Part shown: positions 25,332 to 38,676 of the stretch, piece by piece
How the letters are laid out: every line of letters begins with the position of its first letter
Position numbering within the stretch: the stretch's first letter is position 1
Source of the DNA: Octopus vulgaris
Lineage: Eukaryota
DNA: 64,000 nt
Direction: 5' to 3'
NCBI GenBank assembly: GCA_951406725.2
Contig: OX597815.1
Coordinates: forward strand, 73,346,001 to 73,410,000
The notes under the pieces: generated by a model
What the model saw: only the letters and a program-made list of their open reading frames with translations
Database searches by the model: none
Told to the model about the DNA's origin: nothing
Program-made: the position numbers and the translations under genes

Positions 25332-28318
25332 TACTCTTATTTTATATCACAAAATATTTGAAACTTGTTAACTTCTCTTTCAAAAAAACTATTCAAGAGG
25401 TAAAGGGATGACGAACAAATGGAGCAGCATTTAGACTGTTGATATTGATTATGCAACGCTGCCCATACGGAAACAATTTCTTTTATTTTTTTTTAATAAA
25501 AAAAAAAAGTATCATATTGTTGACTCCAGAAGTCTGGATCCAGCTATAACATATTTCTGTAAACTATTGTCTGGTTAATCAACCTTCAAGAATCTTTTAG
25601 TGGAGTTAAATTATCCAAGATTGAGGTTAAAGTCAGGTGGTAGCATGATAGTTTGCATGTTTAAAGCTTTGGCTACGACACCGCATCTTTAGTGTTGTGG
25701 AGCAGATAACATGGTGGTGGATTGGGAGAATTGTTGAAGTATGTTACAAAATGCATTGGAGTATTTCTTTCTGGTTCTTTATTTTCAGAGTTCAAACTCA
25801 TCTGAAGGCAAATTTGCTTTTCAGTTTTTTTTTTTTTTTTCCAGGGGCTGATAAAGTAATAATATGCAAGTCCAGGATGTAGAAAGGTGGAATTGTTAGA
25901 AAACTAGTCCCTATTCCAACTTGATGTTCTGTGATGGCACTGGTGCTTAGCAGTAGCAGCATTGGTGTGTTTCCTCTTAGACAACAATAATGGCAAGGAA
26001 AAAGGAAATTTGCTACGTGACCCACTGCTAGTATGCTATAAAAATAAAAAAAATCTTGAGCAGATTTGTACCTCAGACAGGCACTTTCTAGATTGTAAAA
26101 TACATGGTGACATTATCAATCCTAACTGATGGAATTGTTATAGAGATATGATGCTGAGACAGTTAAATATTTAGTTATATTATTTTCTTATCATCCCAGA
26201 AGCTGTTGTTAATTATTCTGATCTGGCATGTGTAAAAAGATTCGAGCGAGGTCATTGCCAGTACCGCCTGACTGGCCCCCATGCAGGTGGCACATAAAAA
26301 GCACCCACTACACTCTCGGAGTGGTTGGCATTAGGAAGGGCATCCAGCTGTAGAAACTCTGCTAGATCAAGACGAGCCTGTTGCAGCCATCTGGTTGCCA
26401 GCCCTCAGTCAAAACCGTCCAACCCATGCTAGCATGGAAAACGGACGTTAAATGATGATGATGATGATGATGATACATGTAGAGTTTAGGAATAGATTAA
26501 AATGAAAGACTGGAACATCTGGATGACTGTCCTAATACAACAGTGTAGCTGTAAAATATCTTATCAATGTTCATGTCAAATTTCTAACATGATCAAAACA
26601 TAAAAGCATTGTCTCTTACAACAAGTGTTTGTTTAGTCTTTTGGTGAAAATTAAGCATGACTATTTCTCTTAATTACCGTCATTGGCAAGTTTCAATAGT
26701 TTCTATTATTAACTTGTATTTTATCAGTCATATTCATCTTCTAAGATTTTATCCAGAATAACTTTCTTATATTCTAAATACATTTTCCGTTGTTCTTGAA
26801 TGGTATCATCATCATCATCATCATTTAATTCCATGTTCCATGCAGGGATGGTTTGGATTATTTGACAGGATCTATTGGATCTAAGGACTGCATCATGCTC
26901 CAGTCTCTGCTTTGGTATGGTTTCTACAGCTGGATGCCCTTCCTAATGCCAACCATTTTAGAGCAAGTATGAGATACTTTGTTCATGGTGCCATGCAGCC
27001 TGCAAGACTAAGATTCCCTTCAACTGAATGGGGCTACAATGGAAGAAGGTGGTCTTACACTATGGGTTGAGGGGTTAACCTTCTCCACAATGTTGTTGCA
27101 ATTTGTTGCCCATGAGTTTTTGCCCTCAGTAGCTTCAGGTGCCTTGTGTTGCTTTAAGGGTGGGGGTTAAAATAAGCATTTTACAAAGTTTATTTCCAGT
27201 AATTAAAGCTAGAAACAGCCTACTTTTGATTCAGAACAAAGCCAAACTTCTGTTTTCTGATGCTATTTTCATTGTTTATTTACTCACCATGAGGTACACA
27301 AACTTTGAAATCAACCTGGCAGGCCTTGCCCAGATTATGCTGTTTATGTCAACACATTCGTGCTTTTTGTTTTGTTGTGGGATTTTTTCAATGTCAAAAC
27401 ATGCAAGCCGAACATAATGCATTACATCAAAATATTACTCGTCCATTCCTTTATTAGTATACAAATAAATCTGTACATGCAATACAATGAGAATTTTAAA
27501 ACAGTAGGAGCTCATGCATTTTGCTCCCTCAAAAATATTACATTGGCAGGTGAAACAATTCTAGGGGCAAATCAGTGTGCTAAAGGTTTAAAGTATAAGA
27601 AAAAGAGTCTAGAACAGGTTTCTTAGTGTAGGGGAGCTACAAGAAGGGTGAGGGTGGCCAGGGTAGAGCTGGAAAGAGATAAAATATTGATGACAATGTG
27701 TCCAGATGGACTCTCAAAATACAAGGTGAGAAGAAGTGATTGAGTTCAGGAAATCAGGAAGTGCATGGTGCAAGAGTGTGTAGGAAGAGTAAGAGATGGT
27801 TAAAGATAGGGAATAGGTGTAAAACAAATGCTGAGGGATGATCCTTCTAAAACACATGAAAAAAAAAGCTTGTTGGTTGATTGGCTAAACAATATATTCC
27901 ACAACAGAGTATGACCACATGATCAAACATATCCTGTTTCTTCTGTGTCAGTCTCTGCTGAAATACTCTCTCTGTATTGGTGTTCATTCAATGCACTCAC
28001 CTTTCCATTTCTTGTTATCCTACATATGAAACAGCTTTCCCAATTCTCCTAGTTTTTAATTAAATCATCCCTACTGACATGAACCAGTTTAAGTTCAGAT
28101 TGAATATCAGTCACATTGATCTATCCAGTTTGAAATAAATGCCAAAAGGTCATGGGTAGCACACATCATTTTTTGACCAAAATTTATATATGTATATATA
28201 TATATATATATATAAAATAAATATAAGAGAGTGGTCACTATATGGCTCACTCTAGCACCAGTTAATCCAAAAGGTTTCAACCACAAAAATACATGTTTCC
28301 CATATATATACATACATA

Positions 28319-29061
28319 TCTCTATATATAAAACTGAAATGCGTTTTTACCGCTTGGATCGCTTTCAAGGCCACTACATCCCGTCCGATTGACTCCAAAA
28401 TTTACAGGGACATGTAAAATGAGGTGACGATGCCCGTGGGCTACCTTAGAAATCCCTATCTTAAAAGGTGTCGTTGCTAGGGCCAAAAACCCACTTTGAC
28501 AAGACCACTCCGGTTCTTTAATGTATCTGTCTTCCTCAACTCACTCTCGCTATTTCCTCTCTTCCCAGCACTTTTTCACTCACTCTATTTCATACATTCC
28601 CATTACTTTCACTTCCTCAAACGGCCTTCTTTTATGTATCTGTCTGCATTCATAGAGAGAATTATCATCGCCACCACCATCGCATTCTATTGTCTGCCTG
28701 TCAACGCGCCAACGGAGCAAATACAAACAGAACACACCAACCAGCGTTCGTGTTCTGGTGATAATGTAGGTTTTTCGTATCTATTACATTTTAACATTTA
28801 TTTAGAACCCTGCAAATTTTTCGTGCTAAATTTTCATTTTTTACTACTTTATTATTTTTTATTAAATTGATGCTTTTATTAAAATTAATTCTAATTGTCT
28901 GGGTCAACAGTTAATTTCCTCGGAGGATATGGAAATTCCTATTACCCGTCAGAGAAGTAACTCCAGCAGCTCACAACTATTTCAACAAAGACAAGGTTAC
29001 CTGCTTACCAGTCGAATTCAGCGTCAACGCTCACGTATGAGAGAGACTCCAACACACACAC

Positions 29062-29104
<43 letters not shown>

Positions 29105-29867
29105 GTGTGCATTATGTGGTTGGTTAAGCTGAAAATATGCAGACCTATGTTAAAAGTGCTCGCAAGTTTGCATGACAACTAGTTTTTTCCCTCAAATGAA
29201 AGGCGTGACCTCTAGGACAAAATTCCTCATCTTATAAAATGTGGCCCCAGTGGACCCAAATGAAATCGGGTTATATTAACCAAAATGTGAAAAGGGTCTA
29301 AATGGGGCTGGAAGGGGATTAAAATTTAAAGGAGCGGGTGTTTAGGAATTCTCTGTTACAGCAAGCTAAAAAATTTGCGTCAGCCTTTTAATCGTCAATG
29401 TGTTGCCGTCCATGATGAAGAAGTTTTGAATGCTTGCCATGGTGAGTCTACTGACGTGAGAAAGAATCACTTCAAAACTTGGTGTTTAGGGATTTTCTTT
29501 TACATCAAGTTCAAAATTTTACGCCAGCCGATAAACTGTCCATGGTGACTCTACTATCCTCAGATTCTATCCCTTCAAACTTTGGTTTCCAATATTTTAT
29601 TATTTTTATTCAGCTCGCAAGTTCGTCTGTCCCTTTTAAATGTTAGTGTTTTGCTGTCTGCCTTGAAGCAGACCTTTCCATTGTTATTGATCTTTCTAAA
29701 TATTTTATTTCTCAACTTACTCAAGATCTTTTGTTGTTTATAAATGGGAGAGAGATAGATAAAGATAGAGAGTAAGAGAAAGCGAGGGAGAGTCTGAGAG
29801 AAAGGAAGAGTAAGAGAGTGGGGAAAGTGAGAGAGAAACAAAGAGGGAGAATCATCATCATCATCAT

Positions 29868-29922
<55 letters not shown>

Positions 29923-30283
29923 GTTTAACGTCCGTTTTCCGTGCTAGCACGGGTTGGACAGTTTGACCGGGGTCTGGGAAGCCAGGAGTCTGCACCAGGC
30001 TCCAGTCTGATCTGGCAGTGTTTCTACAGGTGGATGCCCTTCCTAACACCAACCACTCTGTGAGCGTAGTGGGTGCTTTTTTCGTGCCGCCAGCACAGGT
30101 GCCAGGGGGGCTGGCAGCGGCCACGATCAGTTGGTGCTTTTTATGTGTCACCGGCACAGAAGCCAGTCAAGGCGGCGCTGCAATCGGCCACGTTCGTATG
30201 GTGCTTTTTACATGCTGAAAGGAAGCAACAGAAAGTAACAACCACACTCTTACCTGCGCGTAGAGCGGGTCACCTTCAGCTAG
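28319..30283 (+). mobile_element. Non-autonomous Helitron carrying nested repeats
   Basis: Starts A|TCTCTATATATAAAA and ends with a GC hairpin (acctgcgcgtagagcgggt) plus CTAG|T. The R/Q-rich ORF at 28929 resembles a RepHel N-terminus. An RTE tail is inserted at about 29851-30217. Confidence 0.7.
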
Positions 30284-30284
30284 T

Positions 30285-30461
30285 ATATATATATATATAT
30301 ATATATATACATAATACATATATATATATATATATATACAAATACATACATACATAATACATATATATATATATATACAAATACATATATACATAATACA
30401 TATATATATATATATAATACACACACATATATATATTATAAACATACACACATATTTATAT

Positions 30462-30522
<61 letters not shown>
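30285..30522. repeat. Compound (AT)n/(AC)n microsatellite
   Basis: Directly visible; one of many (AT)n, (CA)n, (CAT)n and (AAT)n tracts in the window. Confidence 0.95.
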
Positions 30523-30524
<2 letters not shown>

Positions 30525-30981
30525 CTCTACTTGTGAAGACCTGTTGAGGCAAGTGAGGATCAGAATCGAAATCGATCAATGGAAATTGCAGATGTGTTAC
30601 CAGTGCCGGTGGCATGTAAGAGAACCTTCCGTTTCGCGACCGTTGCCAGCGCCGCCCCGACTGGCCTCGTGCCAGTGGCACGTAAAAAGCACCATCCGTT
30701 CGTGTCTGTTGCCAGCCTTGCCTGGCCCTCATGCCGGTGGCACATAAAAAGCACCATCCGTTCATGGCCGTTTGCCAGCTCTGTCTGGCACCTGTGCGGG
30801 TGGCACGTAAAAAGCACCCACTACACTCACGGAGTGGTTGGCGTTAGGAAGGGCATCCAGCCGTAGAAACACTGCCAGATATGACTGGGCCTGATGAAGC
30901 CTTCTGGCTTCACAGACCCCAGTAGAACCGTCCAACCCATGCTAGCATGGAAAACGGACGCTAAACGATGATGATGATGAT
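30525..30981 (+). mobile_element. Young RTE 3' UTR fragment, inverted relative to 29851-30217
   Basis: CpG-rich copy of the tail and internal repeats, ending ggaaaacggacgctaaacgatgatgatg. Confidence 0.9.
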
Positions 30982-31068
30982 AATATATATAGGGAGGGTT
31001 TACGAAAAAAACAAAAGACAAAGACAGGTGGTGTACAAAACAAACAGATGTATTTGTATAATGCTCAT

Positions 31069-31320
31069 TCTCTTATATAAAATCTGTTCTGTCTGTCTGT
31101 GTGTGTGTGTCTTCTAGGATCTCAAGCATCCTCCATCTGATTGTGCTCAAATTTTATATGTAGATACTTATGGTATCAGGGCGTGTATATATCTTGAAAC
31201 AATTACAAAAATTGATTCCAGGTGAAAATGTGATCGATAAAGCCATGGGAACGTGCATTTGTACATGCAAGTACATCAGCACCGTCCATTGGACCGGGGG
31301 GGGGGGGCGTTTTGCTCGTA
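31069..31320 (+). mobile_element. Helitron-like 5' fragment
   Basis: tctcttatataaaatctgttctgtctgtctgtgtg has the same start pattern as the two complete Helitrons; no 3' end seen. Confidence 0.4.
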
Positions 31321-31369
31321 TATATGATTATATATATATATATATATATATGATATATATATATAAATA

Positions 31370-31401
<32 letters not shown>

Positions 31402-32729
31402 TATACATATATATGTATATATAAATATTATATATATATATATCACACACACAAACACACATATATATAAATTGTCAGTAGTTCAGACATCCAAAAAAGA
31501 AGCACACTCTAAAGCATTAGAGCAGTAATAGAGTTTTTAGGAAGTTAAAGTTTTACAAACTCTCAGAGACCTAGTTATATTGAGCTGCAGATGGACTAAA
31601 AAAAAATAAAGAAACGAAAAATTAGTACTTTACCAAAAAGTCAGTATGGATAATATGATCTATATACTTTGCTAGACAGAAGAGAAATTCAAAGAACAAA
31701 AGCAGTGAAATGCTTTAAGTATTCATTGGTTTCACTAAATCAATGAATACAGCAGAGACCCTTCCCCATCACCTTACATCACAATATCACATACTAAAGT
31801 ATCTCTAACAAATTTGAGGGAAGGGGTCAAATCAATTATATCAACTCCAATACTTAGTTGTACTTGGCTGGTATTTTATTTTATTGATCCCCAAAAGGAT
31901 GAAAAGCAAAGGTGACCTTGGCATAATTTGAATTCACAATGTGAACAGCTGGAGTGAATGCTGCTAAGCATTACTTCCGACATGCTAATAATTCTGCCAA
32001 CTCACCATATATAAGATATTGACTAAATTATGATGCAATCTAACAACCAGGAGTCAGGTTGATACAGCTTACATCTGTACTAATACCAAAAGAGTCATCT
32101 GAGATTAAAACCTAGTACTAACCATCATTTTCATTGTTAACGTCCATTTTCCATTCTTGTTTGGGTTGGATGACTCGACAAGAAATGGCAAGGCCAGGGG
32201 GTCACACCAGGTTCCATAATCTGCTTTGGTTTGGTTTCTACAGTTGGATGTCCTTCCTAATGCCAACCACTTTACAGAATGTACTGGGTGCTTTTTATGT
32301 GGCACCAGCACCAGTGCATTTTATGTAGCACTGGTGCCATGCTAAATGCTTTTCATGCGGCACCTTGGTTTTAAAATCTAAACCTAATGCATTTGGCTAT
32401 TTTCATCAGTCAGTTATTTGGTCATTTTCATCACTCAGATGTTGTTTTAAGAAGTAAACACTGATTTCCTCACTGCACAGATAGATATATTTCTGAATTC
32501 TGCCATCTTTTTCTTAGACACATCAGGGAACTGATTGTAGAATTGTATGAAGTTAAATACTCTCTCCTTGCCTATATGAGTCAATGTGAAGATAGAACTC
32601 GGCATCTACAAAGAGTATGTGGTCCAATTTGACTACAGGTCAGTCTAGGTATTCATTTCATTGATGTACATCCACCATACAAATTCCGTACTATCACTTT
32701 TAACATAACATTTAGCTTTCTTCCTTTTC

Positions 32730-33095
32730 ATGTTTTACTTGTTTCAGTCAGTGGACTGCAGCCATGCTGGGGTACTACTATCTTTGAAGGATTTAGTCAA
32801 GCAAATAGACCCCAGTACTTATTTTTAAGCCTGGTCAGGCCCTTTTGCTGAACTGCTAAGTGACAGGGATATAAAGAAACCAACACTGGTTATCAAGTGC
32901 TGGTAGGGGACAAACACACACAAATACACACAGTGAGCTTCTTTCAGTTTCTACCAGCCATATCCACTCATAAGGTTTTGTTTGGTGTGGGGCTATATAG
33001 TAGAAGAAACTTTACCAAGGTTCCATGCAGTGAAACTGAACCTAGAACCATGTAGTTTGGAAGCAAACTTCTTACTACACAGCCACACCTGTGCC
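32730..33095 (-). mobile_element. Full-length-like SINE family C (gactgaaacaagtaaaa tail)
   Basis: Head ggcacaggtgtggctgtgtagtaagaag..ggttcagtttcactgc, a (TG)n linker and 3' cagcatggctgcagtc..tgactgaaacaagtaaaa. Relatives at about 2840, 5020, 7085, 13310, 23450, 46583-47110, 47295 and 58780. Confidence 0.8.
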
Positions 33096-35667
33096 TTGTG
33101 GATAAATACTTATAAGTTACCTGAGTAATATAATGAATGTCATTCTCAGAAGCTATTCTATCTTCAAGACCCGATCCTTAAAGGTATAGTCTTATCAATA
33201 ACAAAACAGAAACGGTATTTTGAGTAGGGGCTATAGCCTGTATCTTGAAGGATAATAACAGGTGGTTTTAGGTTTCTGCAGCTGACATTTTGGCAAGTCA
33301 GTTGTCCAGGTTTTAGCCCATTTTATATGGGATAAAAATGGGACAAAACACTGAACCTTATGAAGATAACACAGGACTGAAATATGTAGTGCATTGCTGT
33401 ATTTGAGAAAAACTACCCACCACAACAGAATTGAGGCCCTAAAATCAAGGCTCCACATAAAAAGCATTGGTGTGAGTGTTGGTGCTTCAGAAAAAATACC
33501 CAGTATATTCTGTGGAGTGGTTGGTGTTAGCTAGGAAGAGCATCCAGCCATAGAAACTGAGCAAAAACAGACTATGGAACCTGGTGTGGCCTCTGGTCTT
33601 GCCAGTTCTTGTCAAACTGTCCAACCCATGCCAGCAGGGAAAATGAACATCAAATGTTGATGATAAATGTGTGTCTCTCTGTTTTGACAACACATGGTGG
33701 TCATAACTCACCATCATGCAAGTGTTGTCATTCATTACTAGCCTTCCACAAAAATGTGTTGAACTAAAGGGAAATGCTACCATACACGGTAACAGAAGGT
33801 TAGCAACAGGAAGAGCATCTGGCTGTAGAAAATCTGCATCAACAAAACAAATTTATCTGACCCATGCAAGCATGGAAAACAGGACATTTAAAATATTATG
33901 GTAGGACTAGAATTATGAAAGCCTTCTACAAGCAGTAACAGGAATCTTGGTCTAGATACACCACACAACTGAGCCAACGATTGGTAGTATTTGGTTGTCT
34001 GGAGTAAAGATCTGCTAATTGTGATGTAATAATTTAAATTTAAAGGTGAAGGCACATGGCCCAGTGGTTAGAGCTTCAAGCTTACAATCATGAGGTACTG
34101 AGTTCAGTTCCTGGACTGGGTTGTGTGCTGTGTTCTTGAGCAAGAAAACTTTATTTCATGTTGTACCCATCTGTAGAAATGAGTTGTGACATCACTGGTA
34201 CCAGGCTGTATTGGTTTCTGCCTTTCCCTAGGATAACATCAATGGCATTGAGAGAAGAGTATGGTATGTTGGTCTTCCATAAACGACCTTGCATGGACTT
34301 GTGTCTTGGAGGGTAACTTTCTAGGAGCAGTTCCATGGTCATTCATGACCGAAGGGGGTCTTTTACCTTAATTTAAATATCCATAAGTAAGATGTTGTAC
34401 AATTAAAGCTGAGGCAATAATCTACTACTCTTGTACTCAGTCATGTTTACATTTGTCTCTATGATTGTAGGAACTGGCCCTCATAGTATTTAAATGTAAC
34501 GGTGTTGAAGCAGATATCAATCTTCCCACTGATGTTTGAAGCAGAACATGCCGTAATGTTGTGTCTGTTGTCATGCTTGTGTGAGATTGGTGTAGGTATG
34601 TGTGTATGCATATCTGTGCATGTGTTTGTGTGTGTATGTATGATTTCATTATGACTGTTGGTTTGAAAAGCAGCAAACTAGCAGAATTATTAGTGCATCA
34701 GACAAAAATGCTTAGCAGTATCTCTTCCAACTCAACATTACATTACATTCTGAGTTCAAATCCTGCTGAGGCCAAGTTTACTTTTTCATCTTTTCAGGGT
34801 TGATAAAATAAAGCTCCAGTCCAGTATTGTGGTGAGTGTAATTCACTCCCTACTTCCCTCAAAACTGCTGGCTTTGTACCAAAACTAGAAAGAATTATCA
34901 TGGTTGGTTTCAGGGTGACAGTTTGGCAGGATTATTAAGTAAATCAGAAAAAAAATGCTTAGTGGTATGTCTTCCTAAACTTTACATTCATAATCATCAT
35001 CAGTTTAATGTCTCCTTTTCCATGTTTGCATGGAATTTTGTTGAGGGCTGGAGGACCTTCCTGCAGCCAACTCTTACTCATTACCAAGTTAGGTAATATT
35101 TCCTTGTAATTAAACATTTCCATAGAAGATTGGAATCAAAGGATACTGTTAGCATGGCACTGTTAGCATGTTTACAAATATTATGCAATGTCAAACACAA
35201 GGAGACAGTAATACTTATACACACATGATGGGCTTCTTTCAGTTTCCCTTTACCAAAGCTATTGTAGAAGACAGCCAAGGTACCATGCAGGGGGACTGAA
35301 CATGAAACCATGTGGTTGGGAAGCAGTCTCCTTACCACACAGTCACACTTATCCTGCCTTTTAACCTTTCAAAGTTGATAAAATATAGTACTGGTTAAGT
35401 ACTTGGGGGTGGAGGGTGGGGGGTCACTGTAATTGAGTAACCCCTTCTCCCAAGAAAATTGCCTTGTTCCTAAATTTAAGACTGGATTAATGGCCAGATT
35501 TCTTGAATGTTACCTTCCAATCAATTATATCTCACCTTTCTCACCCCCACCTCTCTCTCTCTCACACACATACACTCCCACACACAGTGTATTGCTGACA
35601 CCAACAGATTATTTAGTTTTGTGTTTCATGTAAGAACTAAAAAAGGATGACAAATAAGATACAATAA

Positions 35668-35709
<42 letters not shown>

Positions 35710-37389
35710 GCGAAAGACAATTCGACAATGTATAAAGGCTATCAAAATTCAAAATTCAATGTTACCTCAATGGCCATGAGAAAACGAGAATGTAACCAAA
35801 ATTACTATAAAGTGTCTTTTACTAAGTGCCAGTCATTATATTTCTGATTTATTAAAGCTGCTGTTGTTAAAGTAACATAGAACTGATAACTGAAAATAAT
35901 AGCAGAGGATGAGGTAATATGCATGAAGTTCACTTAGTGCCACACTCTGGAAACTATCCACCCATCGCCATTGTTTGAACAGCTTGAATTCTGCTTCTGA
36001 TCTTGGTTTTAGCAATGTACCAAACTAGTTTAATGTCCTTTCAAGACTGAATGCTGCTACTGCTACTACTACTACTACTACAACTACTATTGCTGCTGCT
36101 GTTGTTGCTGTGGCGGTCTACTTTGTCTGCTATGTCAGCAAGTGCAAACAGCAAAATCTATTGCAGCTGGTAAGTGCACCTAAACAGCAATCACTCAGCA
36201 ATCCTTTTGATGTTCACTTTGTACATGCACAGTTAACTGCAGTAGAATTCATTTCTCACTTTTTCTTTCTTTTTTCCCCCCTTTTCTTTCTCTGCTTCTC
36301 ACACCTTCCAATGTACCCCTTCTCAGCTGCCCCACCGTCACTACTGCCATCATCATCATCATTGTCGTCATCGTTTTCTGAGACATTGCCTCTCTCTACC
36401 TGCAGCCCCACTTTCTGTCATTTTCATCTCTAGTTCTCTCCCCCACCCCCACTCTTTTCCTGCTTTACAGCTCTTTACAATAGATAGCACGGCAAATTTA
36501 CTACTTTAATGTAAACTCCATTAATTTTTTTGTTCTTTTTCTTTTTTGCTTTACTTTCTTCCATTATAGTCAAAGACTGCTAACTTTATACATTGTTTTT
36601 CATTACAAACCTTTGAAGGTTGTTCAACTGGACAAAGAGGTGTTTCCTACTCTCCTTTTTTGTCCTTTCTTCTTTCTTTCCTTTTCCCCTCCTTTGCTTT
36701 AATGACCCCCTCCCCTTAAACAGGATTAGTCATAGCGGTTACACCCGCCATTTACTTTCATAATGTATTGACGAACCAAAGTAACCATGTTCATATTTTT
36801 ACTGAACTTTTTCTTTTTGGTACATTATTACCAGTGGAAGTAGAAACATGTTTTCATATTCACACTGAACAAAGTTACATACCATAAATCTTAACTTTTA
36901 ATTACTGTACCAAGTGTGTGTATACATCCATATATATATATATATGTGTGTGTGTGTATATGTGTATCCTGGGACATATTTTATACGCTATCATTAATGA
37001 TGTAAGTGCTGAATATAGGAACATAAAATAGAATAAAGAAGAGTCTAAAGGATTGGTCATTCATAAGTAATAAGAATAATGACAGTTCCAGAACATTCAG
37101 TTGTAGCAGAGTACTTCTAAATGTCATGGAGTAAAGCTAGTTAGATGTTTAAGTAGATTATAGAAGAAACTCTTTGTCATTCTCACTTTTGTGAGATATG
37201 ATGTAATAGATAGGACAGGCTATAGATTGTTCAAATTATCCATGTAGAGAGAGAGAGAGCAAAAGAGGGAAAGAAAGAGAGAGAGAGAGAGAGAGAGACT
37301 TAGCAGCAGATAGAAATCAATGAACAAATGCTTTCCACAAACTCAAAATACCATACACATTTCCATTTCTTATTTGGGTTTACATTTCG

Positions 37390-38270
37390 TTGCCACCATC
37401 CCCAGTGGTCACTATTTTACATATGTTTTTCCGTGTTTGCATGGATTAGGATGAATCCTCACCAGCACAGTACATCCTGCCACTTGTGTTCCTTTATCTT
37501 CTGAGATTCAACTTCCTGCAATCAACCTTCATCATTTCTGCCCATGTCTTTTTCTTCTTCCATTGGATCCCTTACATGAATCTCCTGGCACTTCTTCATC
37601 CCCTACTTGTCACCATCCATATAATCCTCATGTGTCAATATCACCGCAGTTGTCTCGTTTCTTTAACATTAACATGTTAAACCAATGACCCTTGGGGGGT
37701 ATTAGGGTGCTGCAGCCATGCAGCATATCCAGGGTGAGAATACCTGATTGAGCCCATCCCTGAAGCAACATGAAATGATGTGTGTTGCTCAAGAACAAAA
37801 CAGATCACCTGGTCCAGGGATCAAAACCACAATCTTACGGTTGTAAATCCAACACCCTAACCACAAAGCAACACATTTCTCTTTATACTGTTTATGCCCA
37901 GTCTTTTTCTCAGCTCATTCTATACCTTGTCATTCATGCCTGCTAACATTACAGTTACATCAGATCATGCTTGCCCCATTTCTTTCCAACTCTTACACAT
38001 TCTCTGCATTCAGTGACCATTTTATCTTACTACCATGCAGCATCACAATTCATACACCTGTATTGTACAATCTGGCCTTTCATCAAAGAGAGTCCCCTTG
38101 TCAGTAGCAATATTAACTCCCTCAATTTTTTCCACTCTATTCTAATTTTCACCACTATTCTTTCAGCATTCCCCTCCCCTTTGCTGATTAGGTCACCAAG
38201 GTAACAGAAGCCATCAACTACTTCTATAGAACTTTCTGAACATTGCAGGGAATTTACTGTACTGGTGCTA
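37390..38270 (-). mobile_element. Highly degenerate RTE LINE fragment interrupted by a SINE (~37745-37875)
   Basis: ttaggtcaccaaggtaacagaagccatcaactacttcta aligns with the young RTE segment ttggtcacccaggtagcggaaactatcaactacttcta. Confidence 0.65.
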
Positions 38271-38308
38271 TGAAGGATTACTACTCCTTAAGTATATCAA
38301 TAGACTAT

Positions 38309-38676
38309 AATTTGTTGTGTCTGGGGGGGAGTCATTCTCTTTTAGTGCCTTATTATTTAACACACTCACCAGTTAAGTTTCCACTCATTTACTTATTTTT
38401 CCTAAAATTTTTGTTGCATCCTGCAACCCTTTCAATAGTTGTTGACTCTGTCCGTTATCGGAGTTGCGTTCTTTTCAGTGACTATTTTGTCTCACTATCA
38501 TGCTGAAATGAACACAGTTTGGATAATGGACAGAGTCAACAACTATTGAAAAGGTTGCAGAATGCAACAAAAATTTTAGGAAAAATAAATAAGTAAATGA
38601 ATGGAAACTTTACCGGTGAGAGTTTTAAATAATAAGGTACTAAAAGAGAATGACTCTCCCCAGACACAACAAAATA
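38309..38676. repeat. Foldback inverted repeat (~170-bp arms)
   Basis: ttgttgtgtctgggg...ttgactctgtcc versus ggacagagtcaa...ccccagacacaacaa. The ORF track shows the same peptide (SHSLLVPYYL) on both strands. Confidence 0.9.

Noticed and set aside
29721-30451. Poly-Met and IY-repeat ORFs
   Set aside because: Translations of (CAT)n and (AT)n microsatellites.
30600-30815. Repeat-spacer-like pattern as CRISPR
   Set aside because: The apparent spacers are homologous to each other and the array is part of the RTE 3' UTR.
36050-36170. Signal-peptide-like poly-Leu or Cys-string ORF
   Set aside because: Produced by (CTA)n/(CTG)n/(TTG)n repeats; the frames are closed by nearby stops.
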